64,000 nt of DNA, taken from positions 3,168,001-3,232,000 of the forward strand of contig CAWDML010000001.1 in assembly GCA_963803435.1 (NCBI GenBank). Reading direction: 5' to 3'. Each line of letters begins with the position of its first letter. Position 1 is the first letter of the stretch. This DNA is from an uncultured delta proteobacterium. GTDB lineage: Bacteria; Myxococcota; Kuafuiibacteriia; Kuafuiibacteriales; Kuafuiibacteriaceae. The notes under the pieces were generated by a model. The model did not search any database. It was not told the origin of the DNA and worked only from the letters and a program-made list of their open reading frames with translations. Made by a program: the position numbers and the translations under genes. Below are positions 31,143 to 41,965 of the stretch, piece after piece.

Positions 31143-31899
31143 TTGAGACGATCGTTCTTCCTCCTGATCGCGGTACTCGCGGTCGCGTCGACCGGCTGTC
31201 TGGCCGGCGAGCAGCACAGTGTGGAGCGCACCTTGACCTCGACCGTGACGCTGACGCGAGAGAGCCTCATCGACGTCAATCTCCCCATACCGGTGGTCCT
31301 CGACGGCACCAGCCGGACGAACGACGTCGTGATCACCGTCGAGCTGACCGTCACCGCCTCCAGCTCGACCGTGGCGGAGCAGAAGGCCGGCGAGATTCGA
31401 GATCGTCTCGAAGAGCGAGGACGGCGTGCTCCGCCTCGGCATCTCCGAGCTCCCGCGGGTCACGCTCAGCGGCACCTATCGCATCGTCCTGCCCAACGAT
31501 CTCGACGTGAACGTCACCGAGCGGAACGGGACGGTGGACGTGCTCGGCGTCGAGGGCCAGATCGTCGTGAACTCGCTCTCGCACGTCCGGGTCACGGGCG
31601 CCGCCGACGACGTCTCGGTCGCCGTGGAGGCAGGCAACGCGCTGGTCGAGACCGAGGCGCCGCCGGGCAAGCAGACGCTGATCCGGCTGGGGCGCGGCGA
31701 CATCCAGCTCACTCTTCCACCCGCGCTCAGCGCGGACATCGTCGCCGACGTGATCAACGCCGGTAACATCGTGGTGACGCATCCGCGGTTGCCGCGCTAT
31801 CCGGGAGGCACGCTGCCCTACAGCACCTCGGTCGCCGGGGGCCTGAGCATCATTCGCCTCCAGACCGGGAGCGGGCTGATCGTGATCCAGAGCCAGTAG
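31143..31899 (+). CDS. Lipoprotein with DUF4097-like beta-strand repeats; one apparent +1 frameshift at ~31396
   Basis: Lipobox STG|C. Removing one T from GATTC (31394-31398) joins ORFs 31143 and 31426. Repeats 'ERNGTVDV', 'EAGNALV', 'GRGDIQL', 'TGSGLI'. Confidence 0.7.
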
Positions 31900-31908
31900 A
31901 GAGGAACG

Positions 31909-33201
31909 ATGGCCAATCAAAGCTTCGTCATCGAAGGGGGTCATCCGGTCGGAGGCCGGATCCGCCCGAGCGGCAACAAGAACGCGGCGCTTCCGCTGAT
32001 CGCGGCGACGCTCCTCACCGAGGAAGAGGTGGTGCTCCACAACGTCCCCGCGATCCGCGACGTCGAGGCGCTGATCTCGATCCTGCGGGAGCTGGGCGTG
32101 ACGGTGACTCCGCGCGGAGGGAGCTCGATCGCGTTCAAAGCCGACCGCGTGAACGGTCACGAGCCGAATCCGGAGGTCTGCAAGCAGATCCGCGCCTCGA
32201 TCCTCCTGGCCGGGCCGCTGGTGGCGCGCCGCGGCCACGTCCGAGTCCCGCTCCCCGGGGGCGACGTGATCGGCCGCCGACGACTCGACACGCACGTGCT
32301 GGCCCTGGAGGCGCTCGGCGCCACTGTCGAGACCAGCACCGGTGAGTACGTGTTCCGCGCCGACACCCGCCTGACCGGCGCCGAGGTCTTTCTCGACGAA
32401 GCCTCGGTCACGGGCACCGAGAACGCGATCATGGCCGCCGCGCTGGCCGAGGGGACCACCATCCTCGAGAACGCCGCCTGCGAGCCGCACATCCAGGACC
32501 TCTGCCGGCTGATCGTCTCGATGGGCGGAAGAGTCGAGGGGATCGGCACCAACCGGCTGGTGATCGAGGGGACAGCCCGCCTGCACGGCGGCGAGCTCAC
32601 GTTGGGCCCGGACTACATCGAGGTCGGATCCCTCATCATGCTGGCGGCGGTCACCGGCGGGGAGCTGCTGATCGAGGACGCTCGCCCCAAGGAGCACCGC
32701 GCAACTCAGCTTGCGTTCAACCGCATCGGGATCGAGTTCGGCCCCGATCCCACGGGACGCCACCTGCTGGTCCCCGGCGGGCAGGAGCTGCGCGTCGCCC
32801 ACGATCTCGGCGGCGCCATCCCGAAGATCGAGGACGCGCCCTGGCCGGGCTACCCGGCGGACCTCACCTCGATGGCAGTGGTCGGCGCGACCCAGAGCGA
32901 AGGCACGGTGCTGGTCTTCGAGAAGATGTTCGAGTCGCGCCTGTTCTTCGTCGATCGCCTGGCGTCGATGGGCGCGCGCCTCATCCTGTGCGACCCGCAC
33001 CGGGTGGTCGTCAGCGGCCGCTCGAAGCTGATCGGACAGGAGCTGGTCAGCCCCGACATCCGCGCCGGCATGGCGCTGGTCATCGCGGCGCTCTGCGCCC
33101 AGGGGACCAGCACGATCCAGAACATCCAGCAGATCGATCGGGGCTACGAGCGGATCGACCAGCGGCTGGCCGAGCTGGGGGCGCGCATCAAGCGGACGTG
33201 A
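31909..33201 (+). CDS. murA: UDP-N-acetylglucosamine 1-carboxyvinyltransferase
   Basis: 'SGNKNAALP', '[10 protein letters not shown]', '[14 protein letters not shown]', 'SVTGTEN', 'PWPGYPADL', 'DIRAG', 'IDRGYE'. Confidence 0.97.
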   Translation: MANQSFVIEGGHPVGGRIRPSGNKNAALPLIAATLLTEEEVVLHNVPAIRDVEALISILRELGVTVTPRGGSSIAFKADRVNGHEPNPEVCKQIRASILLAGPLVARRGHVRVPLPGGDVIGRRRLDTHVLALEALGATVETSTGEYVFRADTRLTGAEVFLDEASVTGTENAIMAAALAEGTTILENAACEPHIQDLCRLIVSMGGRVEGIGTNRLVIEGTARLHGGELTLGPDYIEVGSLIMLAAVTGGELLIEDARPKEHRATQLAFNRIGIEFGPDPTGRHLLVPGGQELRVAHDLGGAIPKIEDAPWPGYPADLTSMAVVGATQSEGTVLVFEKMFESRLFFVDRLASMGARLILCDPHRVVVSGRSKLIGQELVSPDIRAGMALVIAALCAQGTSTIQNIQQIDRGYERIDQRLAELGARIKRT

Positions 33202-33208
33202 CCTCGGG

Positions 33209-34623
33209 TCACCCGGCCAGCTCGACCCCGTGGAAGTCGCGCTGGCTCTTGCAGGCCTCGCGCAGTCGCAGCTCGTCCCCGACGGTGGGCTGGAACAGCG
33301 GTGAGCGCTCGAGGAGGACCCGGACCAGGACGTCGCGGGGAAGGGTCTCGATCACGTCGGTGATCCGTTCGATCCGGCCGTCGCCGGCCAGGTTGCAGAG
33401 GCGCGCGCGCAGAGTGGAGAGACGGCCGCCCGGGCCGCGCTCGAAGCGGAGGACCCAGCCGGCGCGACGGCCGGCGTCGAGACGCTGGGTCACCTCGAAG
33501 GCGGCCAGCGGAGTGAAGCGCTCCATCGCGTCGAGCCATGCCGGCACCGTGGAGGCTTCGACATTCGCGATGGCGAATCGCTCCAGTCTCTGGGCCGGCG
33601 AACGCAGCAGCTGCACGACCTCGGACGGACGGACCGCGCGCCCGCAGAGCTCGAGGCGCCGGAGCCGAGGGAAGGCCGAGGTCCGCTCGAGCCGGGCGAA
33701 CGTGGCCCGGTCCTCGACTTGCGCCGCGAGCTCCACCAGCGAGTGCGGCTTGGGCGCCGCGGCGCCGGCGCACAGCGCGGGATCCTCGAGCCCGCTGGCA
33801 ACCTCGAGCCCGCGCATCGAAGGATCGAGGACCTGCTGGCTGCCAGGGAGAAAGTGGATCCGCTCGACGGTGCTCCAGGACGGATCGGAGGCGAAGCGCG
33901 ACACCTCGTCGGCTCCGGAGAAGTACACCTCCGCCTCCGCGAGGAACCCGCGACGGAAGACCGCGCCGCTCTTGGTGACCACCGGATCGATCCGCCGATC
34001 CAGGCCCGCCCGTGCCGAGCGACCAGGTCCGAGACGTCTTGGTGTTCGGTCCTCTTGAGCTGGACCGCGATCAGCTCGCCGATGGGATCGTTCTGATCGA
34101 GCAGATAGTCGGCGAGCACCGAGCGCGGTCCATCCTCACGAGGTGCGGCGTAGACCGCCGCCAGGAGCTCGGCGAGCTGGCCGCCAGGCGGAGGACGATC
34201 GACCGGCTCGACCCAATCGTCCCACGACCGGACCGGCTTGCCGACGATCTCGACGCCGCGCCCGCGCCGCACCACCGCGTACGGGAGATAAGCCTCCGCC
34301 TGGGTCATCTCCTGGTGGCAGGCCTCGCGGCAGTAGGCCTGGAACGCGGGGATCGCGGAGCCGTTGTCGTCCCACGGCTCGACCGGCGCGCTCCGTGCGG
34401 AATCGTCGGGCCACAGCGGCGTATGGCGCTGCGAGTAGTGGAGGTCCGCGTGGACCGCGTCGTTCGCCTCGTCGTTCCAGTACTGGGCGACGGAGAGCAG
34501 GCCGCTGTTCAAGGTATCGTCCACGGCGAAGGCGGCGTCGGCGAGCGGGATCAGGATGCGCCGGACGGCGTCGTCGCGCATCGCCTCCGGCGTGTCGCCG
34601 GTGAGAATGCCGGGATAGATCAT
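33209..34623 (-). CDS. TIGR02996-like domain protein; one apparent 1-base deletion at ~33993
   Basis: 'ELLAAVYAAPREDGPRSVLADYLLDQNDPIGELIAVQL' motif; continues as 'DPVVTKSGAVFRRGFL' in the adjacent frame. Confidence 0.68.
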
Positions 34624-34653
34624 CGGGTCGCCGCGCGGAGGCGGCACTGTACC

Positions 34654-36909
34654 TCAACCCTGATTGAAGTTGAACGGATAGGTCACAGTAACCGATCCGC
34701 CGCCGGCAGGCTTCGGAAAGACCAGCGACTTCAGGACACCTTCCACGCACTGATCGATCTCGGGCGCCCCCAGCGTGCTCGAGCTGACCTCGATGCGGGT
34801 CACCTTTCCATCGGGTCCGATCACGAAGCGGAGCGCGAGCCTCCCGGATAGGTTCGGACTCCGGGCCAGGCTCTTCTCGTAGCAGTACTTCACGCGGGCC
34901 AGGCCGCGCCGGATCACGCGGGCGATCACGCGCTTGTCGAGCGAGCCCATGATCACGGTCTGGCCCGACAGGACGCTCGTGGTCCCCTTGCCGCGGCCTC
35001 CCGAGCGGAGCCCGCCACCCCCTTCGCCGGTTCCGAGACCGCCCATCCCGAAGCTGCCGCCGATCGAGGTGCCGGACATCTTCCCGAAGACGCCCTCGGG
35101 CAGCGGCAGCGGCTGCACGATCGTCGCGCTCCCGCCGAGCGTGTTCCGGATCGTCGAGTCGACCGCCACGAAGCTCGTCTCTTCCGTCATCAGGTGGTAG
35201 GCGAGCCCCAGGCGAGTGACGGCCTCGGGGTCCTCGTGAAGGCGGCCGATCCGCTCGCGCGCCCACAGATAGCGGAGCGCGATCAGATCATCGCTCGGGT
35301 GGTGATCGGCGACCGCGATCGTCTTGGTGAACGCGCCCTGCCCGTTGGTTCCGCTGATCCGGATCGAGCCCTTGGCCTCGCCGCGATACTTCCCCATGAT
35401 CACCAGAGGTCGCTCCCCGAAGAGATCGGGCACGCTCGCAGGCTCGAGGTCGTACGCGTCGAAGCCATCGAGCTCGAGCTTCACCCGCGTGAGCACCGGG
35501 CTCTCGATATAGCGGCGGAAGCGCTCGGCCGCCGGCCCCGCCTCCCCCGGGCTCTCGACCACGAACGGCTGGCCCAGGCCCTCGCGCGCCAGGCCTTCGA
35601 TCAGGTGGCGATTGACGCTCGAGCCGATCCCGAACGCGAAGAGGTTGGTGTCGCCCAGGTGACTCCGGATCAGGTTGAAGGCCTCGTTCTCCACCGAGAC
35701 GTAGCCGTCGGTGACGACGACCATGGTCGCCGACATGTCCGGGGTTCGCGGCATCGACAGCCCCTTCTGGAGCGCCTGGAGAATCTCGGTGCCGCCGCCG
35801 GCCTGGGCGTGCGCGATCATCCGCCGGGCGCGACGCCGATTCGCCGGCGTGGCGGGCACGCTGGCCGGAGCCATCACCTGGTTGCCGCCCGCGAAGAAGA
35901 GGAGATTGAACCGGTCCTCTGCGCGGAGCTCCGCCACCAGCCGATCGACGAGCGCGCGGGCGCTCTGGATCGGGAAGCCGCCCATCGAACCGCTGACATC
36001 GACGATGAAGATGTACTCGCGCGGCGGGATCATCGCAGGCGCCACCCGCTGGGGCGGTTGAATGATGGCCGTGAAGAACTTCTCGGCGTCGTCCTGGTAG
36101 AGGAGCAGGCCGGTCTCGATCCGGTCCCCGTCGAGCCGATAGCGCAGGATGAAGTCGCGGTTGCCACCGTCCTCGTCGAGGACCTCGACGTTGGCGTCGC
36201 CGCTCGCGTCGAAGCGCGGCGAGATCTTGTGCGTCGGCGACTGCACCCCCGCGATCGCCATCCCGGCGCTGATCCGCGCGGACAGCGCCCAGCGGTACGT
36301 CGGCCCGCGACCTTGCTCGAGGTACGGATTGGCGGTCCAGGCCTCGCTCTTCGTGCTCTCCCCGGTGAACCGCGGACCCACGACGGTCGGGTACACGAAC
36401 TCGTAGACGCCCTCCTCCGGCACCAGGAGCTCGGTGTAGTCGAGGTGCACCTCGATCCGATCCCCCGGCATGATGTTCGCGACGTTCATGCGGAAGACGT
36501 TCGGGCGCTCCTGGAGGAGCAGGCTGGCGGCCCTCCCCTCGTTCTTGGCCTCCTCGTAGCGGGCGCGCGCATCCTTCGTCTTCGCGATCTCGGCGACGAT
36601 CGTGCGGTCCCCGATCTTCATCTCCATCCCGAACACGGCGGCGCGGGTCGATCCCGGGAACACGTAGACCGCCTCGATCGGCTGGCCGCCCTCGTTCACG
36701 TACACCTGCGTGACGCGAACCCGGGCGATCACGCCAGCGATCGAGACCTTCGCCCGCGTCTCTTGCAGCGGGAGCGCCTCGGCGGCCTTCTGGTCGGCGA
36801 CGTAGAAGTAGGGTGACTCGGTCCGATCCTCCCCCGCCGCGGTGGCGCGGGAGGGCGAGAGCATCGGAAGCGCTGAGAGAACGGAGAGGAGCACCAGGAG
36901 CTTTCGCAT
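34654..36909 (-). CDS. Secreted VIT + vWA protein with C-terminal AgmX/PglI (TonB-C-like) domain
   Basis: Signal peptide; VIT 'VTQVYVN..IEAVYVFP'; MIDAS 'DVSGSM', 'TDG'; tail 'VKYCYEKSL...LSGRLALRFVIGPDGKV...FPKPAGGGSVTVTYPFNF'. Confidence 0.88.
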   Translation of the reverse strand: MRKLLVLLSVLSALPMLSPSRATAAGEDRTESPYFYVADQKAAEALPLQETRAKVSIAGVIARVRVTQVYVNEGGQPIEAVYVFPGSTRAAVFGMEMKIGDRTIVAEIAKTKDARARYEEAKNEGRAASLLLQERPNVFRMNVANIMPGDRIEVHLDYTELLVPEEGVYEFVYPTVVGPRFTGESTKSEAWTANPYLEQGRGPTYRWALSARISAGMAIAGVQSPTHKISPRFDASGDANVEVLDEDGGNRDFILRYRLDGDRIETGLLLYQDDAEKFFTAIIQPPQRVAPAMIPPREYIFIVDVSGSMGGFPIQSARALVDRLVAELRAEDRFNLLFFAGGNQVMAPASVPATPANRRRARRMIAHAQAGGGTEILQALQKGLSMPRTPDMSATMVVVTDGYVSVENEAFNLIRSHLGDTNLFAFGIGSSVNRHLIEGLAREGLGQPFVVESPGEAGPAAERFRRYIESPVLTRVKLELDGFDAYDLEPASVPDLFGERPLVIMGKYRGEAKGSIRISGTNGQGAFTKTIAVADHHPSDDLIALRYLWARERIGRLHEDPEAVTRLGLAYHLMTEETSFVAVDSTIRNTLGGSATIVQPLPLPEGVFGKMSGTSIGGSFGMGGLGTGEGGGGLRSGGRGKGTTSVLSGQTVIMGSLDKRVIARVIRRGLARVKYCYEKSLARSPNLSGRLALRFVIGPDGKVTRIEVSSSTLGAPEIDQCVEGVLKSLVFPKPAGGGSVTVTYPFNFNQG

Positions 36910-36962
36910 CGAGGGCAAGGACACCCCCGCGGAGGACAAGTTCCCTGCTATGGTCCCGCCCG

Positions 36963-37733
36963 ATGCGCCGGGCTGCTCCGATCCTGGTGACCGCGATCGC
37001 ATGCGCACACCAGCCCGTCACCGATCGACCGGTGCAGGTCACGCCCGATCTGGTCGCACACCTGAAGGTCGCGCTGAGCGGTGAGCCTGCGATCCAGATC
37101 GACGACAGCGACTGCGACGACCACGACCGATCCCGGGTCACCGCGTCCTTCGACGAGCTGAGGCAGTCGCTGGTCGCGCACGGCTTCCTGCTCGTGGATC
37201 CGGCCGAGGCCAACCTGCTCTTCGAGCACCACACGCACGTCACGACCTGCACCTACGACGGCCAGCTCGAGGGCAGCGCTCAGCTGATCGCCAAGGATCG
37301 GAGCGGTCGAACCATCGAGATCGTGTCGTTGTTCCCGCTGTGGCCTGACGGGTTGGTCGACCTCATCCTCACCTCCGATCGCTTGGCCGCCTTCGCGCGG
37401 GATCCTGCGGCGCCTCCGGTTCGGCGCGCGCCCCCGCCCGAGCTCGCGGTGACCTCGACCGCCGCGACCTTCTCGATCCAACCCATGGAGGGCGAGCTCG
37501 ATCCCGCGCTCGCGGATCAGCTGGTCGAGTACCTGATCGTCCGCCTGACCGAAGGCGGTGCGCTGATCCGCGACGACGCCGCGCACGAGGCGCTGACGTC
37601 GAAGTTCCTCGAGGTCGGAGATCGCTGCGTGATCTCGGCATCGCTGTTTCGTCGCGGCGCCACCGAGCGCACCGGCTGTTCCACCGAGGAGCTCATGGAC
37701 GCGATCGATCGGATCGCGTCCCGACTCCGCTGA
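36963..37733 (+). CDS. Hypothetical lipoprotein
   Basis: MRRAAPILVTAIA|C lipobox; TATGGT 8 nt before the ATG. Confidence 0.6.
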   Translation: MRRAAPILVTAIACAHQPVTDRPVQVTPDLVAHLKVALSGEPAIQIDDSDCDDHDRSRVTASFDELRQSLVAHGFLLVDPAEANLLFEHHTHVTTCTYDGQLEGSAQLIAKDRSGRTIEIVSLFPLWPDGLVDLILTSDRLAAFARDPAAPPVRRAPPPELAVTSTAATFSIQPMEGELDPALADQLVEYLIVRLTEGGALIRDDAAHEALTSKFLEVGDRCVISASLFRRGATERTGCSTEELMDAIDRIASRLR

Positions 37734-38435
37734 TCACCGGTCGTCTTCCGCAGCTTCCGCGGAGGCCGAGGGATCGGTCGGTCCGCCGTGCCGCGCTGCC
37801 ACGACCAGCGCCGGATCACCAGGTGGCGTGACCAGCGCCTCCAGCTTCGCCAGCCCGCGCGGATGGATCACGAGCTTGTTCCGGATGCACGCGAGCACGG
37901 TCTCGTGGGACGCGCCGGCCCGCACCGCGATCGCGTCCACGTCGAGGCGGACCGGCGAGGGCACGACGCCCCTGAGGTAGCCTTGCTGCTCCCAGGCGAT
38001 CACCTGGGCGACCCGGTGGATCATGAGGTCCCGCACCTCCAGGTGCTTCTCGAGGAGGCGGACCTCCTGCTCGGTATCGACGTCGGCGTCGGGTGCCACG
38101 CGAAGGCGGGGCGACGCGGAGACGCGGACCGTGAGGTCGGGGGCGATCTCGACCTCGATCGACGGGTGTGGATTGAGCCGCCCCTCGGTGATGTCGAGGA
38201 GGGTGGCGACGACCTCGTCGTAGGAGAGGGCGAACAGGTCCCGCTTGAATCGTACGTACCAGCCGGGGAACCGGGTCGACGTCACCTCGAAATCATAGCC
38301 CGAAACCGCGTAGGGCGATCCGGCTCGGGTGCGTGACCTCGTCGTGAATTCGTGGAACAATCCTCGGGCCCGTGGGGCGAACGCGCTCGCGTCGATCGCG
38401 GTCGCCACAGGGGTCCGCACGCGGAGCACCGACAA
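37734..38435 (-). CDS. Truncated sigma54 (RpoN)-like protein
   Basis: 'LNPHP..IAPDLTVR...PRLRV...LEVRDLMIHRVAQVIAWEQQGYL...VDAIAVRAGASHETVLACIRNKLVIHPRGL' parallels the RpoN core-binding/HTH segment. No RpoN box. Start uncertain. Confidence 0.6.
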   Translation of the reverse strand: MSVLRVRTPVATAIDASAFAPRARGLFHEFTTRSRTRAGSPYAVSGYDFEVTSTRFPGWYVRFKRDLFALSYDEVVATLLDITEGRLNPHPSIEVEIAPDLTVRVSASPRLRVAPDADVDTEQEVRLLEKHLEVRDLMIHRVAQVIAWEQQGYLRGVVPSPVRLDVDAIAVRAGASHETVLACIRNKLVIHPRGLAKLEALVTPPGDPALVVAARHGGPTDPSASAEAAEDDR

Positions 38436-38487
38436 CGGTTGTCTCGCGCGAGCCGCTGGGGAAGGATCGGTGGGTCCTCCCGACGCG

Positions 38488-40770
38488 ATGGAGTCGAAGC
38501 CTCAGATCCCCATGCCGCGCAGCGTGGGCGGTGACGAACCCGGCTCCGCACGCATCGGTCCGTATCATGTCGTGCGGCACCTGGTCGCCGGACCGGGCGC
38601 CCAGATCTTGGAAGCCGCCGCCGACTCCGGCGAGCAGCTGATGCTCCAGATCGTCCGCTGTCGCGCCGCGCGCAGCAGCGCGGAGGAGATCGAGCGCAAG
38701 GAGATGTTCGAGTCGATCCGCGTCGCCACCGAGGAGCTGGCGGCGGACGTCGGGATCCTTCAGCACGGCGCCGCCGAGGTGAACGGAGAGACGATCCTGT
38801 ACTGGGCGCTGCCGTGGGACGACCGCGCCGTCGAGCTCGGGCTGGCCAAGATCGACGACGACGACGAGCTGGTGTCCGTCGGGATCCTCCTCGCGAAGCG
38901 GTTGACGACGCTCCACCAGACCGGCCGGCTCGATCCGCTGCTCTCCGAGCGCGTCCTCGTGATCAAGAACGGCGAGCCCTGGATCGCCGCTGCACCGCTG
39001 CCCGTTCCTGACCGCTGGTTGTCGCCGGGGATGCGGCCTCCGAGGCTCGCGCCCGAGGAGACGCTGGCGAAGGAGCCGACCGCCCAAGGCGACGTCTGGC
39101 GTCTGGGGCAGACGCTCAAGGCGCTGACCGTCTATCTGGAGCGGTTGCCGACCCGCGTCTGGCGCGCGCTCGAGCTGCTCGGGCACCCGGACGTCGGCGT
39201 GCGCATCCGGACCGCCGCGGAGGCGCTGGCGATGATGGAGTCGCTGGCGGATCCGCAGGCGCCCGATCCGCCGTCGATCTCGGATCTCACGAGCGCGCAA
39301 TCGCCGATCGAACGCACGATCCCGGACACTCCGATCCCGGACGTGGACAACGCGATCACGATCGCGGATGAACCGCTGGCGGCCGGCGAACGCCGTCTCA
39401 TCGAGGACTTCGAGACCCAGCCGGGCGCGAAGCCACCGCGCATGTCGCGAAGCCCGCTGCCGGAGACCGAGACGCTGGTGGACTTCCAGATGTACGCGGA
39501 GCACGGCGAGGACGTCGTCGTGCTGGAGCCCGCCGACGTCCTCGATCACGGCTTCATGGAGGCGCGCACGGCGGGCACCGAGCCTGCCTCCGCGTACTCC
39601 GACGACAAGCATCCGACGCTGGCCGAGGCCGTGATCCCGAAGATGCGGAAGAAGCGCGGGACCTGGGAACCCGCCCCGAACAACGAGCCGGCTGGGCCGA
39701 CCGGGACCGTGCTGGGCCCGAAGCTCCCTCAGTCGTGGGCCAAGCGATCGACCACGACGCTCCCGGGCGTGCGACGGATCGAGCCGGCCGCGCTGCCGCG
39801 CATGCTGCCGCCTCCGGGCGGAATGCTGGCCGGGCCGAAGGGGACGCTCATCGGCGCGAACCCGGTCGGGCCGCACCAGATCATGCGCGTGCCCCGGCCG
39901 GTGGTGTCGACTCCGCCCGAGGATGCGGGTGTCGCCGACCCCGCGGTTCAGGCCGTCGAGGAGCCGGAGGAAGACGACGACGGTCTCAAGATCGAGCCGG
40001 TTCCGAGTCCGCGCACCGCCGCGATCGCGGTGCTCACGTTCATCCTCGGGCTGTTGATCGGCGCAGTGGCCTCGAAGGGCCTGCGGCTCCTCGACGACGA
40101 TCCGACGCTGCTCTCCGGCTCGATCACGATCCCGGCGAACAACACCGTCAAGCTCGACGCTCAGCCGGCCGCCAGCGCGCTCGTGATCTCGGAGGACGAC
40201 GGGCGCGTGCTCGGATCAACCCCGATGTGGTTCGAGCTGCCGCCGTCGATGCAGCCCGCCGTCCTGGTCGCAGCGCCGGGACACGATCCGATCCGCGTCG
40301 TCCTGCCGGCGCGCGGCCGCCTGGACGTGACGCTCGAGCCGCGCTGGCAGGACCATGAGACGTGCCTGATGAACCTGCACGTGCCGCGCAACGTCCCGGT
40401 GGAGAGCGTCGGCTCCTCGATCGAGGAGACCTCGGCGGGATTCCAGGTGCCGGGGGCTGGCGTGATCCGCGCGGTGGGCGAGATCCGGGGTGCATGGCTG
40501 CTGTCGTGTCCGAGCCTGGGATCGGAGGACGTGGTCACGCTCGCCGGCCGGCCCCTCGAGACGGAGGTCGAGCTTCGCGTCAGCACACCGCCCGACATGG
40601 AGGTGTGGATCGACGGCGAGGCGGCCGGTACCTCACCGTTGAGAAAGCGCGTCCGCTCCGGCTTCAAGCAACTCAGAATACGGAGTGCACAGGGCGACAC
40701 GCTCGAACGGTGGGTGCCGGTCTTCAATGATACCGATGTTGAGCTGCCCGACCCGAAACGGGTCCAGTGA
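38488..40770 (+). CDS. Membrane-anchored pseudokinase with Pro-rich linker and PEGA-like domains
   Basis: 'IGPYHVVRHL', 'LAPEE', 'DVWRLG' but no HRD or DFG; TM helix; 'VLGSTP', 'VWIDGEAAGTSPL'. Confidence 0.72.
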   Translation: MESKPQIPMPRSVGGDEPGSARIGPYHVVRHLVAGPGAQILEAAADSGEQLMLQIVRCRAARSSAEEIERKEMFESIRVATEELAADVGILQHGAAEVNGETILYWALPWDDRAVELGLAKIDDDDELVSVGILLAKRLTTLHQTGRLDPLLSERVLVIKNGEPWIAAAPLPVPDRWLSPGMRPPRLAPEETLAKEPTAQGDVWRLGQTLKALTVYLERLPTRVWRALELLGHPDVGVRIRTAAEALAMMESLADPQAPDPPSISDLTSAQSPIERTIPDTPIPDVDNAITIADEPLAAGERRLIEDFETQPGAKPPRMSRSPLPETETLVDFQMYAEHGEDVVVLEPADVLDHGFMEARTAGTEPASAYSDDKHPTLAEAVIPKMRKKRGTWEPAPNNEPAGPTGTVLGPKLPQSWAKRSTTTLPGVRRIEPAALPRMLPPPGGMLAGPKGTLIGANPVGPHQIMRVPRPVVSTPPEDAGVADPAVQAVEEPEEDDDGLKIEPVPSPRTAAIAVLTFILGLLIGAVASKGLRLLDDDPTLLSGSITIPANNTVKLDAQPAASALVISEDDGRVLGSTPMWFELPPSMQPAVLVAAPGHDPIRVVLPARGRLDVTLEPRWQDHETCLMNLHVPRNVPVESVGSSIEETSAGFQVPGAGVIRAVGEIRGAWLLSCPSLGSEDVVTLAGRPLETEVELRVSTPPDMEVWIDGEAAGTSPLRKRVRSGFKQLRIRSAQGDTLERWVPVFNDTDVELPDPKRVQ

Positions 40771-40887
40771 AACGTAGTCGAACCCACGCCAACCGACTAC
40801 CGGCACTCTGACGACTGATGTCCGTAGACCTGAGGACTCATCTTCTCTCCGCCTCCGATCCGACTCGGAAACTCTGCCATCGGTTCA

Positions 40888-40903
40888 TGGCACGTCGTTC
40901 GCT
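40888..40903 (+). promoter_or_regulatory. Putative sigma54 (-24/-12) promoter
   Basis: TGGCACGTCGTTCGCT has GG-N10-GC spacing and one mismatch to TGGCACG-N4-TTGCW; it ends 21 bp before the ATG at 40925. Confidence 0.6.
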
Positions 40904-40924
40904 TAACGGATGCACGGAGAAGCC

Positions 40925-41965
40925 ATGCAGCATGTGAACAGCGACTCACTTCGTCGAACGGTCCAGGTCGTGTTGGCGACGATCGTAGGGTTGGCGATCC
41001 TACCGGACGCCGCCCACGCGAAGAAGAAGCCGCTGCCCCGACATGAGTGCCGCATCGCGTACAAGAAGGCACAGGCACTCGAGGCGTCGGCGCACCTCCG
41101 CGAAGCCCGCGACATGCTGCTCGCCTGCGCCAAGGCTACCTGCGGGCGCTTCCTCCAGCACGAGTGTTCGGCTCGCTACACGCGGATCGACTCGGACATC
41201 CCGTCGATCGTCCCCCTCGCCCTCGACGAGACCGGCGCGCCCCTCGTCGACGTCAAGATCGAGATGGATGGAGAGGCGCTCGCGTCGCACCTCGACGGAC
41301 ACGCGCTCCTCGTCAATCCCGGTCTGCACGAGTTCTCGTTCAACCGCCAGGGCTCGAACCCGGTCTTCGAGAAGATCATGATCGTTCAGGGCCAGCGGAA
41401 CCGAACCATCTCGGTGTCGCTGCAGGCGAGCGCCTCGCCGCCCGCGCCCGCGCCCGTCCCTGCCGCACCGGTCGTCCAGTCGGCCCCGCCGGTCGTGGCG
41501 TCCGCCCCGCCGCCCGCCAAGGTGGCCGCGACCCCGGCCCCGGAGCCGGCGCCCGCTGCGACGCCCGCGCCGGCACCGGCCCCCCTCTCTCCGAGCGAGG
41601 ACGCTCGCGTGGTCACCACGGTGCCGCCGAGCAACCTCCCCACAATCCTCTCGTTCGTCCTCGGCGGTACGGGGCTGGTGGCTGTCGGGACCGGGGCGCT
41701 CCTGACGGTGTGGGGGAGAAGGGACAACAAGCTGCTCGCGGACTGCTCGCCCGGTTGCCGGCCGGAGAGCGTCACGCACATTCGTAAGCTCTACATCGCC
41801 GCCGATATCTCCTTCGGTGTCGGCGCGGCCGCGCTGGCGACCTCCGTTTGGTTCCTCGCGACCCGCCTCGCAAGCGACGACTATTCGCCAGCTTCGACCA
41901 ACCTCGGCGTCGCCGTTCAGCCGACGCCGTCAGGGGCGGTCGCAGCGGTCTCAGGGAGGTTCTGA
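40925..41965 (+). CDS. Secreted/membrane protein of myxobacterial TPR/PEGA-like type
   Basis: Signal peptide; 'C..AY.KAQ.L....HLREARDMLLACA...C' motif; Pro-rich linker; C-terminal TM pair ending 'AVSGRF'. Confidence 0.7.
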   Translation: MQHVNSDSLRRTVQVVLATIVGLAILPDAAHAKKKPLPRHECRIAYKKAQALEASAHLREARDMLLACAKATCGRFLQHECSARYTRIDSDIPSIVPLALDETGAPLVDVKIEMDGEALASHLDGHALLVNPGLHEFSFNRQGSNPVFEKIMIVQGQRNRTISVSLQASASPPAPAPVPAAPVVQSAPPVVASAPPPAKVAATPAPEPAPAATPAPAPAPLSPSEDARVVTTVPPSNLPTILSFVLGGTGLVAVGTGALLTVWGRRDNKLLADCSPGCRPESVTHIRKLYIAADISFGVGAAALATSVWFLATRLASDDYSPASTNLGVAVQPTPSGAVAAVSGRF

